From contig OZ251573.1 in the NCBI GenBank assembly GCA_965243545.1, forward strand, positions 2,246,093-2,310,092: a DNA stretch of 64,000 bases, given 5' to 3'. Shown here piece by piece: positions 8,685-16,948 of the stretch. The first letter of the stretch is position 1, and every line of letters begins with the position of its first letter. Below the pieces are notes generated by a model. That model worked only from the letters and a program-made list of their open reading frames with translations, had not been told where the DNA came from and made no database searches. The position numbers were made by a program, and so were the translations under genes. Source of the stretch: Spirochaetia bacterium. Its GTDB lineage: Bacteria; Spirochaetota; Spirochaetia; SZUA-6; Bin103.

Positions 8685-9239
8685 ATGTACGAAACCCCCA
8701 GACACAAAGTGTTTATCAGCTTCCATCATGAAGATCAGAGCTACAAAGACTCCTTCGCTGAGTTGATGGAAAACGACATCGTGGATCGATCGGTCGAGGA
8801 TGGAGACATCGACGACGACAACCTGGCCACTGAGACCATCCGCCAGAGAATTCGTGATGATTTCATTAGTGACGCAACCGTAACCGTTGTGCTCATTGGA
8901 CCTTGTACGTGGCAGCGAAAACACGTCGATTGGGAGATAGGGTCAAGCTTAAGAGCTACGAAACGCAATCCACGATGCGGCTTGCTCGGTATTCTTCTAC
9001 CGAATCATCCGGACTATATGCAAACGAGATGCTTTCTCAAGCGAATACCTCCTAGACTAGCGGATAATGTATCGGGGGGAGATCCATATGCGACTACCTG
9101 CAATTGGAGCTATAGTTCTTCCGATGTCCGCCGCTGGATACATAAGGCCTACGAGCGTAGGTCGGGAATGCCCCCTGACAACAACCGCCACCAGTTCAAG
9201 CGCAATAGGGGTGGCAGCTGCTCGGACGGTTGGGGTTGA
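8685..9239 (+). CDS. ThsB-like TIR domain protein (DUF1863-like)
   Basis: HKVFISFHHEDQSYKDSFAELM...TVTVVLIGPCTWQRKHVDWEIGSSL is the typical ThsB/MTH538-type TIR-like pattern. A strong AGGAGGA lies upstream of the ATG. Confidence 0.7.
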   Translation: MYETPRHKVFISFHHEDQSYKDSFAELMENDIVDRSVEDGDIDDDNLATETIRQRIRDDFISDATVTVVLIGPCTWQRKHVDWEIGSSLRATKRNPRCGLLGILLPNHPDYMQTRCFLKRIPPRLADNVSGGDPYATTCNWSYSSSDVRRWIHKAYERRSGMPPDNNRHQFKRNRGGSCSDGWG

Positions 9240-9240
9240 C

Positions 9241-10255
9241 TCAGCTTCGGCAAGGGGCCGGCTGATCGCAAGTGTGACGCTCCCCGTCGTGCCCATCCCG
9301 GAACCGTCTCACTCTCGCGGCGGGCCGGACCAGGCGACGCGGACGCGGCAGACGAATGCGGTCGGCCGTGCGCACGGGCGGCGGCCGATAGCGGCGGTTG
9401 TCGCTGGTCAGGGTCCAGACGCCGGGGCGGCCGCGCAGCCGCTTGACCACCAAGACGCGCCTGTCGATCGGTTCGGTCTTTTGGAATGGTCGAAGGCGGC
9501 CAAGCGCGCCGCACTCATCCAAAAGCCAGGCCTGCCGCTCGCAGGTAGACCGTGGACTACGGGCCGGCGCCAGCGCGGTCCGCCCAGTCGCCTTCGCCCG
9601 CGTGGCGGTGGCGGTGATGGGCGGCGCAGAGCAGACGGAGATTTCCGGGTCGGCGCTGCCGCCGAGCGCAAATGGAAGGACGTGATCCATCTGCACCACG
9701 TGCCGGGAGCCGCAACGGCGCCCGCTGTCCCGGTCCACGTAACTGCAGCAGCCCCATCGCGCTCCCAGACCTGCCGTTTGACGGCGGCCGGGATGGTACG
9801 GCGGCGTACCTGGGACTGCGACGGCGCGGCTTGGCCGTGCCGGGCACCCCCCGCCTTCGGCGCCGAAGTGGCGGATCGCGCGGCTGTTGCGGGCCGCTTC
9901 GCTTCCACGGCGCGGTCTTGCTCCGTGTCCGCCTTCACCTTCGCTGGCGAAGCCGTGACCCTTTGCCGGCACGGGCGGCCGTTGCGCCGACTCAGCCGCA
10001 TCCGGCCCGGTCGAGACCTTCGGCGCCGAAGCGCCGGTCGCTACGACGGGACGTTTCGCTGCCGTTGCGCGACTATGTTCGCAGTCTGCGTCCTTCGGCG
10101 CCGAAGTTTCGTTGGCGCCGCTCGAAGCGGCCCGGCCGCCGGTGCGCCGGCCGCGCGGCGGGCGGGCCGGATCGTGGCGCTCGACCGCTTCCTTCACCGC
10201 GCGCGCCACGATCTGCCCAACGTCATGTGCGGATCGACGTGCGACAGCAGCCCCA
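9241..10255 (-). pseudogene. HNH endonuclease gene, decayed copy B (5'-truncated, at least two frameshifts)
   Basis: The HNH core is split over three minus frames: IPAAVKRQVWERDG / CCSYVDRDSGRRCGSRHVVQMDHVLPFALGGSADP / GNLRLLCAAHHRH. The DNA aligns by eye with 4989-5690 of copy A. The 3' flank (about 9290-9480) reads VLVVKRLRGRPGVWTLTSDNRRYRP, possibly an S24-peptidase-like remnant (weak). Confidence 0.55.
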
Positions 10256-10370
10256 GGCTCCGAGCGGCGAGCTGGCGCCGAGCTTGACGGCGCGCTCGGC
10301 CGGCGTCCCGCGCCCCGGGCGGCCCGGCCTCGGCAAGCTCCTCCCGCACGCGCGCCGAACGCGAGTGACC
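10255..10370 (-). pseudogene. fragment homologous to the C-terminal region of the PglW-like gene
   Basis: 10259-10312 aligns by eye with 11899-11952 (about 50 of 54 nt identical). 10313-10365 aligns with about 12042-12110 of the 11124..15122 gene. The encoded VREELAEAGPPG compares with VREELAEVGPPPG. Confidence 0.4.
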
Positions 10371-10384
10371 GACCACACGGCGCC

Positions 10385-10416
10385 TTGACTCCCAGCGCGG
10401 TAAAACTTAGTTTTAC
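10385..10416 (+). promoter_or_regulatory. putative promoter with overlapping palindromic operator of the TA module
   Basis: TTGACT (10385-10390), a 17-nt spacer, then TAGTTT (10408-10413). A perfect inverted repeat GTAAAAC-N3-GTTTTAC (10400-10416) overlaps the -10. The ATG lies 4 nt after the palindrome. Confidence 0.3.
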
Positions 10417-10419
10417 GCG

Positions 10420-10647
10420 ATGACCAGAATGGTGCGGAAAATCGGCAACTCCCAGGGCATACTATTCGACGTTGCCCTGATGGACTTGGCCCGTCTCAAG
10501 GTGGGGGATCAGGTCGTGGTCACGGTTCACGAGGGCGGTTCGATCGTGCTCACGCCGGTGCGCCCCGTCATCGACGCCAAGCGGGCAGGCAACGTTGCCG
10601 AGCGCTTGATAAGGAAGAACCAGGATCTATTCCAGCGGCTTTCGTGA
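10420..10647 (+). CDS. AbrB/MazE/SpoVT-family antitoxin
   Basis: VRKIGNSQGILFDVALMDLARLKVGDQVVVTVHEGGSIVLTP is a swapped-hairpin AbrB-type motif. GTGA overlap with the downstream Doc gene. Confidence 0.75.
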   Translation: MTRMVRKIGNSQGILFDVALMDLARLKVGDQVVVTVHEGGSIVLTPVRPVIDAKRAGNVAERLIRKNQDLFQRLS

Positions 10648-11048
10648 CTGCGCCGCTGGCCCATCCAACCGTCTCCGCGGTGAAGGCAACTCACGCAGCG
10701 GTCCTTGCCGCTCATGGCGGGCGGGAAGGACTTCGCGCCGAAGCGCTATTGGAATCGGCGGTGGCGGCGCCCAAGGCGACGATGATGGGACAGCCGCTGA
10801 TACCGGACGCGATCGAAGTCGCCGCTGCGTATCTGTTCTACCTGTGCCAGAACCACCCCTTCGTGGATGGCAACAAACGAACGGCGTTGGCCACCTGCTT
10901 GGTCTTTCTCAGTGAGAACGGCTTGCTTGTAGACGACACGTTGGACGCGGACGCCTGGGAGCGCCTGACGTTGGACGTTGCGGCCGGCCGGTTGGACCGG
11001 GTTGAAACCGCAACGCGTCTGCGCGAACTCCTGCCTCAATCCGATTGA
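10644..11048 (+). CDS. doc: Doc (death-on-curing) Fic-fold toxin
   Basis: HPFVDGNKRTALA is the Doc-type variant of the Fic motif. Size 134 aa, with an antitoxin immediately upstream. Confidence 0.85.
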   Translation: MTAPLAHPTVSAVKATHAAVLAAHGGREGLRAEALLESAVAAPKATMMGQPLIPDAIEVAAAYLFYLCQNHPFVDGNKRTALATCLVFLSENGLLVDDTLDADAWERLTLDVAAGRLDRVETATRLRELLPQSD

Positions 11049-11123
11049 CGTTCACGGTGGCGGAGCGGATTGAACGACCTGTGCGCAGACCGGGGAAGTC
11101 GACGAGTTGCTCCCGTCGGCGGC

Positions 11124-14100
11124 TCAGGCAGTCCCTGCAGCGCGAGTGAGCCAGGCGGCGCCGGGGCGGGCCCAGGCGGACGCGACCACCACCGGCAGGG
11201 CTTGGCGGTCGATCACCGGCAGGCCGTCGGCCGAGCCGCCGGCGATGCACAGCACACGCGCCGCCGCCGCCGCGCCGCGCTGGCATTCGTCCTGCACGGC
11301 GGCGAGCAGGTCGAGCCGGCGGTAGCGCGCCAGCAGACCGGAACGGGTCAGCAGCAGCGGAGCTTCAGCGCCGGCGATCGCATCCTGCAAGCGGGCCGCC
11401 GCCCGCCCGACGAGCTGGTCGAGGCGGCGGTGATCGACGCTGCCCGAAGGCGCCGCGTCGGCGGCGAGCACCACGTTCCAGTCCGCGCCGAGCTCGGCGG
11501 CCAGCGCCCGCATGTGGCGGATCAGCTCGGCCTCCACGCGGAACGCCGCCAACGCGAAGCGGCCGGCCAGATAGCGCTCGACGTGCGCGAAGTAGCGCGC
11601 CGGCACCGACAGCGCCAGGAATCCCTGGGAGCCGATCGTGCGCCGCAGCCGGTCGTCCAGAGCGTCGGCGGCGTACGCCTCCTCCTCCCCGTCTCCGGCC
11701 GGTGAGGACGTGCTGCCGGTCGACCGAGTCGGATGCGGCGTCGGCGCGCGGTACGTCGCCCGCTCCCGGTCCCACACCAGCTTCAACCCGGCGGCATCCA
11801 GCAACGCGTCCAGCCGGGGGTGATCGGGCAGCGGCTCCGCTTCCGGGTAGCGGCCGGCCAGCCGCTCGCGGAGCTGCCGCGCGTTGAGCTCCTTGGGGCC
11901 GAGCAGCGAGCTGGCGCCGAGCTTGACCGCGCGCTCCGCCGGCATCCCGCGCGGGTACAGCTCGCCGCGCGAGGAGAGCGCCGCCCGCTCCGCCGCAAGC
12001 ACCGCCACCCGAAGGCGCCGGTCCGGGGCGAGCGGCGCCATGCCCGGCGGCGGCCCGACCTCGGCGAGCTCCTCCCGCACCCGCGCCGGCGAGGCGAGCG
12101 GGTCGGCGCCGGCGAGCCGGTCGGCGGCCTGACCGAGCCGCCGCACGTAGTCCGCTTGCGCTTCCGGCGCCGCGGTGAGCGCCGGGTCGAGCGCCGGCGT
12201 CGCCAGGATCAGGGAGGCCGCGCCATCGGGATGCGCCACGAACCGGCAACCCCGGCGCTTCCGTTCCGCCTCCAGCGCCGCGGCGGCGACCACGCCGGCC
12301 CGCCGCAAGCGCTCGCTGCCCGACGCCGCCGAACCGCGCGCCGCAGCCAGCGCCGCGGCCAGCTCCTCCCGGGTCATCACGCCGCCGTGCTGCTCCACCA
12401 GCGCCGCGACGGAATCCCGCAACGGCGTCATCCATTTCCCGCCGGCCGGCGTTCCGCGCCCCAGACGCGACGCCAGCAGGTCGATGCTCCAAGCCGCCGG
12501 GTCGGCCGCGGTCCCGTACTCCGCGTCCCCTCCGGTCGTGGTCGAAACCGCCCGCCCGCGCTCGGCAAGGTGCTCGGCCAGCCGTTCCGACAGCGCGCGA
12601 ATCCGTTTGACGATGCGCTGGCCGATGCCCTTGTTGCGGTACAGACGGATGCGCGGCAGCGCGATCAGCTCGGCGACCGTGTGCGCGCCGATCCGCTCCA
12701 GGGCGTTGAGCAGGCGCGGACTCACGCCGAGGTCGGCAAGCGAAGTCGCCTCCGTCACGCCGTCGAACTCCTCCGGCAGATCGCCGTTCTCATCGCCGGA
12801 AGCGGTCACGTCGATCGCCTCGAAACAGCGGAACCAGGCGCGGCGCATCTCCTCCGCGTTGTCGAAGCGGGCGCGATAATCGCGGGCCAGCGCGGTACGG
12901 AAGAACTCGGTCAGCGCCTCCCGCACCGACGGATCGAACGACTCGGCGTCCAGCGAGACCTCCTCGTCGAGCAGCGCCGGATCGCTCTGTCCGTCGCCCC
13001 AACCGGGGAGCTGCCCGGTCGCCATTTCGTGCAGGGTCATGGCCGCGCTGAAGCGTTCGGCGTAGGCGTCCCAGCGCGGCGGCGTGCGCAACGGCAGGAA
13101 CGGGTCACGGTACTGCGGCGTGCCGGCGCGGATGTTGTCGGCCGGCGTATCGGCCAGGGAGAAGTCGAACACCACCAGGCTCAGCGGCGAGCCGGAGACG
13201 CCGATGTTGTCGGGCTTGAGGTCGCGGTGCGACACGCCGTGCTCCTCCAGCCACTGCACCACGTCCATCAGCTGGTCGCCGAAGCGCTGCAGCAGGTCGA
13301 GCGACAGCCGGCCTTCCTCGCGGATGCGGTCGGCCAGGGTGTAGGACCCGCCTCTGCTTTCGGCGCCGGTGCGCGCGCCGGCCAACGCCATGAAGACCGC
13401 GGCGTGGCCCGACAGATCGACCTCGCGGTACGCCTGCACGATGTTGGCGTGGCGCAACGAGCGGAGCAGCCGGCCCTCGCGCCGCACGTGGTCGTTGCGG
13501 GCCGGGTCGAGCGCCACCTTGAGGACGCCGCCGCCGTCCTCCTCATGCTCGACTTGCAGCGCCAGCGCGGTCGCGCCCCTGCCGAGCCGCCGCTTTACCT
13601 GGAATCCGCCTTCCAACCGGTCGTCCGGGCGGGCGTCGAGGGGACGGGCGGGCTTCTCGCGCGGCTCCCGCGCGGCGGCAAGCTCCCGTTCCGCTTTATC
13701 GAGATAGCTGCGGAACTCGGCCGAATCCGGCCGCGCGGAGGCGTCGGGGTCGGTGACGCATGCGACCACCAGCTGCAGCGCCTCGGGCGCGCCGTCGACC
13801 TGATCGGAAAGCATCAGGCCGCGGCTGCCGGCCAGACGGTCATGCAGGGCGGCGACGGTAGGCGCCGGCGGCGCGCCGGCGAAGATCCGATAGGCGATGG
13901 CGCCGAGCGAGAAGATGTCGAGCTTCTGCGGATCGTAGCCGCCCAGTCTCGACTCCGGGGCCAGGTAGACGCCGTCCGCGTCGTCGCCGGCCGGATGGAG
14001 CGTGCTGGCGCCGTTCGCGCCGTGCGCTGCCGTCTGCCAGTCGAAGATCTTCGCCCGCGGCCGTTCCGCGTCCGGGTCCATCACCAGCACGCGCCGCGGA

Positions 14101-15122
14101 CTCAGCGCGCGGTGGTAGAGCCGGCGTTCGTGCGCGTACTGCACGGTCTCCGCCAACTGGCGCACCAGGCCGAGCCGGGTCTCCGGCGGCAAACCGGCGC
14201 CGCGGCGGTCCAGGAAGTGATCCAGCCGCTCCGCGGCCGGATCGTGCTCGAATACGATGGCCGGCCCCTGCTCCGCGACGGTGAGGAGCTCGGCGCGCAG
14301 GATGCCGTCGTGATTGACGCCGTCGAGCAGGCGGTACTCCCGCTCGGCGGCGGCGCGCCGTTCCGCGCGGCCGGCGGCGGACGGCGCCCCCGCCCACGGA
14401 TAGATGCGGACGCGGCGCTTGGACTCCGGCACCGCGACGTGCTGCGCCTCCCAGTCCTGCCACGCGTCGGTCTCCAGCAACAGGCGGCGCAGCACGTAGT
14501 CGGAGACCTGCCGCTGGCGTTGCGAGGGGCGGATGCCGGCCTGCTCCATGGCGCGCGCAATCGCCCGCGACAACGGCGGGTCGATACGCGGCGGCGGACG
14601 CCGGGGGTCGAACCCGGCCGCGCCGCGCAGCACGTCGACGATGGCCGGCTCCCCGGCGGCATGATTCTCCGACAGATACACCCCGGTCCGCGCCAGCCCC
14701 TCCAGCTGGCGCCGCGCCTGCGACAGAAAGACCAGCGGCTCCAGGAACGGCGCGCGCAGCCTGGCGAGCGCGGGCTGCGCCTTGAGCAGAGCGGCCAGCT
14801 TCTTCGCCTTGCGGTTGGCCAGCAGCAGCGGGCTGTCGGTCAGGAACGTCCGGCCCTCCACGGTTCGGCGCCACGTGCTCTGATCGCCGGAGACCACGCC
14901 CCGCCAGCTCTTGATCTCCACCAGGAAGACGTAGTGCAGCGACACCACCAGCAGATCGACTTCGTTGATGCTGCCGTCGTGGGCGATGAACTCGAAGTTC
15001 GACCACGCGCGGAACGGATCGGCGTCCGGAAACCGGGTCTTGAGGTAGTCGAGCGCCTCCCGCTCCCACGCGTATTCCGACGGGGTGATCTCGATCCAGC
15101 GGCGGCCGCTCGCCTTGCGCAT
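11124..15122 (-). CDS. PglW-like protein: NERD domain + pseudokinase + Ser/Thr kinase + helix-hairpin-helix + large C-terminal region
   Basis: NERD-like WEREALDYLK...EVDLLVVSLHYVFLVEIKSW. First kinase-like domain with a degenerate HRALSPRR. Second domain with VLKVALD, HRDLKPDNIGV, DFSLAD and GTPQYRDPF. HhH-like LADLGVSPRLLNALERIGAHTVAELIALP. Start chosen at ATG 15122 (MRKASGRRWIEI); the track ORF extends to 15218. Confidence 0.75.
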   Translation of the reverse strand: MRKASGRRWIEITPSEYAWEREALDYLKTRFPDADPFRAWSNFEFIAHDGSINEVDLLVVSLHYVFLVEIKSWRGVVSGDQSTWRRTVEGRTFLTDSPLLLANRKAKKLAALLKAQPALARLRAPFLEPLVFLSQARRQLEGLARTGVYLSENHAAGEPAIVDVLRGAAGFDPRRPPPRIDPPLSRAIARAMEQAGIRPSQRQRQVSDYVLRRLLLETDAWQDWEAQHVAVPESKRRVRIYPWAGAPSAAGRAERRAAAEREYRLLDGVNHDGILRAELLTVAEQGPAIVFEHDPAAERLDHFLDRRGAGLPPETRLGLVRQLAETVQYAHERRLYHRALSPRRVLVMDPDAERPRAKIFDWQTAAHGANGASTLHPAGDDADGVYLAPESRLGGYDPQKLDIFSLGAIAYRIFAGAPPAPTVAALHDRLAGSRGLMLSDQVDGAPEALQLVVACVTDPDASARPDSAEFRSYLDKAERELAAAREPREKPARPLDARPDDRLEGGFQVKRRLGRGATALALQVEHEEDGGGVLKVALDPARNDHVRREGRLLRSLRHANIVQAYREVDLSGHAAVFMALAGARTGAESRGGSYTLADRIREEGRLSLDLLQRFGDQLMDVVQWLEEHGVSHRDLKPDNIGVSGSPLSLVVFDFSLADTPADNIRAGTPQYRDPFLPLRTPPRWDAYAERFSAAMTLHEMATGQLPGWGDGQSDPALLDEEVSLDAESFDPSVREALTEFFRTALARDYRARFDNAEEMRRAWFRCFEAIDVTASGDENGDLPEEFDGVTEATSLADLGVSPRLLNALERIGAHTVAELIALPRIRLYRNKGIGQRIVKRIRALSERLAEHLAERGRAVSTTTGGDAEYGTAADPAAWSIDLLASRLGRGTPAGGKWMTPLRDSVAALVEQHGGVMTREELAAALAAARGSAASGSERLRRAGVVAAAALEAERKRRGCRFVAHPDGAASLILATPALDPALTAAPEAQADYVRRLGQAADRLAGADPLASPARVREELAEVGPPPGMAPLAPDRRLRVAVLAAERAALSSRGELYPRGMPAERAVKLGASSLLGPKELNARQLRERLAGRYPEAEPLPDHPRLDALLDAAGLKLVWDRERATYRAPTPHPTRSTGSTSSPAGDGEEEAYAADALDDRLRRTIGSQGFLALSVPARYFAHVERYLAGRFALAAFRVEAELIRHMRALAAELGADWNVVLAADAAPSGSVDHRRLDQLVGRAAARLQDAIAGAEAPLLLTRSGLLARYRRLDLLAAVQDECQRGAAAAARVLCIAGGSADGLPVIDRQALPVVVASAWARPGAAWLTRAAGTA

Positions 15123-15216
15123 CGGACGCCCCAGTATAGCCCGGACCGGCGCTCCCGGCCGGCGCGCCCGGCCGGCATGGTAGGCTGGCGGCCATGAGCG
15201 GAGCGGAACCGCGCGC

Positions 15217-16935
15217 ATGATCCAGTTCGACCACTTCTACACCTACCGGGAGATCGGCCAGGTGATGCGCGCGCTGGCCGACGCTCACCCCGCGCTCTGC
15301 CGGGCCGGCGCGATCGGCCGCACGGCCCAGGGCCGCGACATCCAGCTCCTGACGGTCACCGACTTCGACTCCGGCGAGCCGTCCGAGCGGCCCGCCTACC
15401 TGATCCACGGCGGCATCCACGCGCACGAGCCGGCCTCCGCGCACGGGCCGCTGTACACCGCCCATCGCCTGCTTGCCGACCACCGGCCCGGCGGGCTGCT
15501 GTCGCGCGTAGTCCTCTACCTGCTCCCTCGCCTCTGCCCGGACGCCTCCGAGTTCTGCGTGGCGACCACCGCCCGCATCCGCAGCCGCACCGACTTCGAC
15601 AACCGCGCCCCCAACACCATCTACGCCGCCGACCTCGACGGCGACGGCGCGATCCTGACGATCCGCCAGGAGCACCCGGACGGGGATTACGTCTGCGACC
15701 CGGAGGAGCCGCGGCTGCTGGTCGACCGGCGTCCCGCCTCGCCGGGGCCGTACTACCGGGTCTTCCCGGAAGGGCTGATCGAGGACTGGGACGGCTCCGA
15801 CGACATCCGCGTCGGCGGCCTGCACGCCTTCTATCCCGATGCGCCGGAACGGCACGCGGGGCGCAGCTTCGACTTCAACCGCAACTGGTCGCACGACTGG
15901 CGGCACGAAGGCGAACAGCAAGGGGCCGGCGACTACCCGTTCAGCGAACCGGAGATGCGGTCGCTGGCCGCGTTCATCAGCAAGCAGCCCAAGCTGTGCG
16001 GCATTCTGGGCTACCATTGCGGATCGGCGTCGATCATCCGGCCGCCCGCCTGGGGGCCGCGCGAGGACCTGGACGCCGGCGACGACGCGCTGCTCGAGGA
16101 GATCGCCCTGGAGGGGGCCGCGGCGATAGACAGCCCGGCGGTCGCCATGAGCGATCCGGACGGAACCGGCCGCCGCGGCGCCGGCAAGCGCGGCCACGCG
16201 CTCGGCTTTGCCTATCACCAGCTCGGCGTACCGGGTTTCGAGGTGGAGCTCGGCACCATCGTCAACGCCGCCGGCGTGTCGTCGCATGAGTGGCGGGAGC
16301 GGGCGCAGGACCCGGATCAGGTCGACGCCATCTACCGCCGGCTGCTCCGCTGGTGGGACGAAGGCGGGCGCCGGCGCGGGGTGTTCGAGCCGTGGCGGCC
16401 GTTCGACCACCCGCAGCTCGGCCCGGTCGAGCTTGGCGGTCTGCTGTTCACGGCGATCGACAATCCGCTGGTTGCGGCGCTGGAGCCGATGGTCGACGGC
16501 GCCTACCGCTTTACCCGTTCGTTCGCCGAGCGGCATCCGCAGGTGCGGGCCGAGTCGGTCGAGGCGGCCGGCGTGGGCGGCTGCGTCTACCGCATCCGCG
16601 CGCGCATAGCCAACCGCGGGCGGCTGCCGACCAACGTCACCAATCTGGGGCGCGGACTGCCGCGCCTGCAGCCGGTGCGGGCGAGCCTGCAGCCGGCCGG
16701 CGGGGTGGAGCTGCTCTCGGCGCGCGGACACCTCGACCTCGGCCACCTGCGCGCGCTCACCGGCAGCCGCATCGCGGAGTGGTTCGTGCGCGCCGCGGCG
16801 GTCCCGGCCGGGGCGGAGATCGCCGTGATCCGGGTGCTGGGCGGGACCGGCGGCGACACGCGCGTTCCGGTGCGGCGCCCGGACGCCGAAACGACCGAAA
16901 CGGGGGCCGGGACCATGACGGAGGCACGACCATGA
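15217..16935 (+). CDS. M14-family zinc carboxypeptidase-like protein
   Basis: The N-terminal FDHFYTYREI...GRDIQLLTV...YLIHGGIHAHEPAS contains the HxxE zinc motif of M14 peptidases. Confidence 0.65.
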   Translation: MIQFDHFYTYREIGQVMRALADAHPALCRAGAIGRTAQGRDIQLLTVTDFDSGEPSERPAYLIHGGIHAHEPASAHGPLYTAHRLLADHRPGGLLSRVVLYLLPRLCPDASEFCVATTARIRSRTDFDNRAPNTIYAADLDGDGAILTIRQEHPDGDYVCDPEEPRLLVDRRPASPGPYYRVFPEGLIEDWDGSDDIRVGGLHAFYPDAPERHAGRSFDFNRNWSHDWRHEGEQQGAGDYPFSEPEMRSLAAFISKQPKLCGILGYHCGSASIIRPPAWGPREDLDAGDDALLEEIALEGAAAIDSPAVAMSDPDGTGRRGAGKRGHALGFAYHQLGVPGFEVELGTIVNAAGVSSHEWRERAQDPDQVDAIYRRLLRWWDEGGRRRGVFEPWRPFDHPQLGPVELGGLLFTAIDNPLVAALEPMVDGAYRFTRSFAERHPQVRAESVEAAGVGGCVYRIRARIANRGRLPTNVTNLGRGLPRLQPVRASLQPAGGVELLSARGHLDLGHLRALTGSRIAEWFVRAAAVPAGAEIAVIRVLGGTGGDTRVPVRRPDAETTETGAGTMTEARP

Positions 16936-16948
16936 CTGGGCAGGGACC

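Noticed and set aside
1-9239. Calling the TIR/SLOG genes a canonical Thoeris system.
   Set aside because: No ThsA-type architecture (SIR2-SLOG, TM-Macro) is present. The SLOG-like protein is stand-alone, and the accompanying genes (Nmad2-like, MazG-like, UDG-like) are not part of described Thoeris types.
5112-10388. Plus-strand ORFs 5112..5900, 9067..10287 and 9672..10388 in the HNH-repeat regions.
   Set aside because: They are antisense to recognisable, though broken, HNH endonuclease coding sequence. Their low-complexity Arg/Pro/Ala-rich translations suggest they are not genes.
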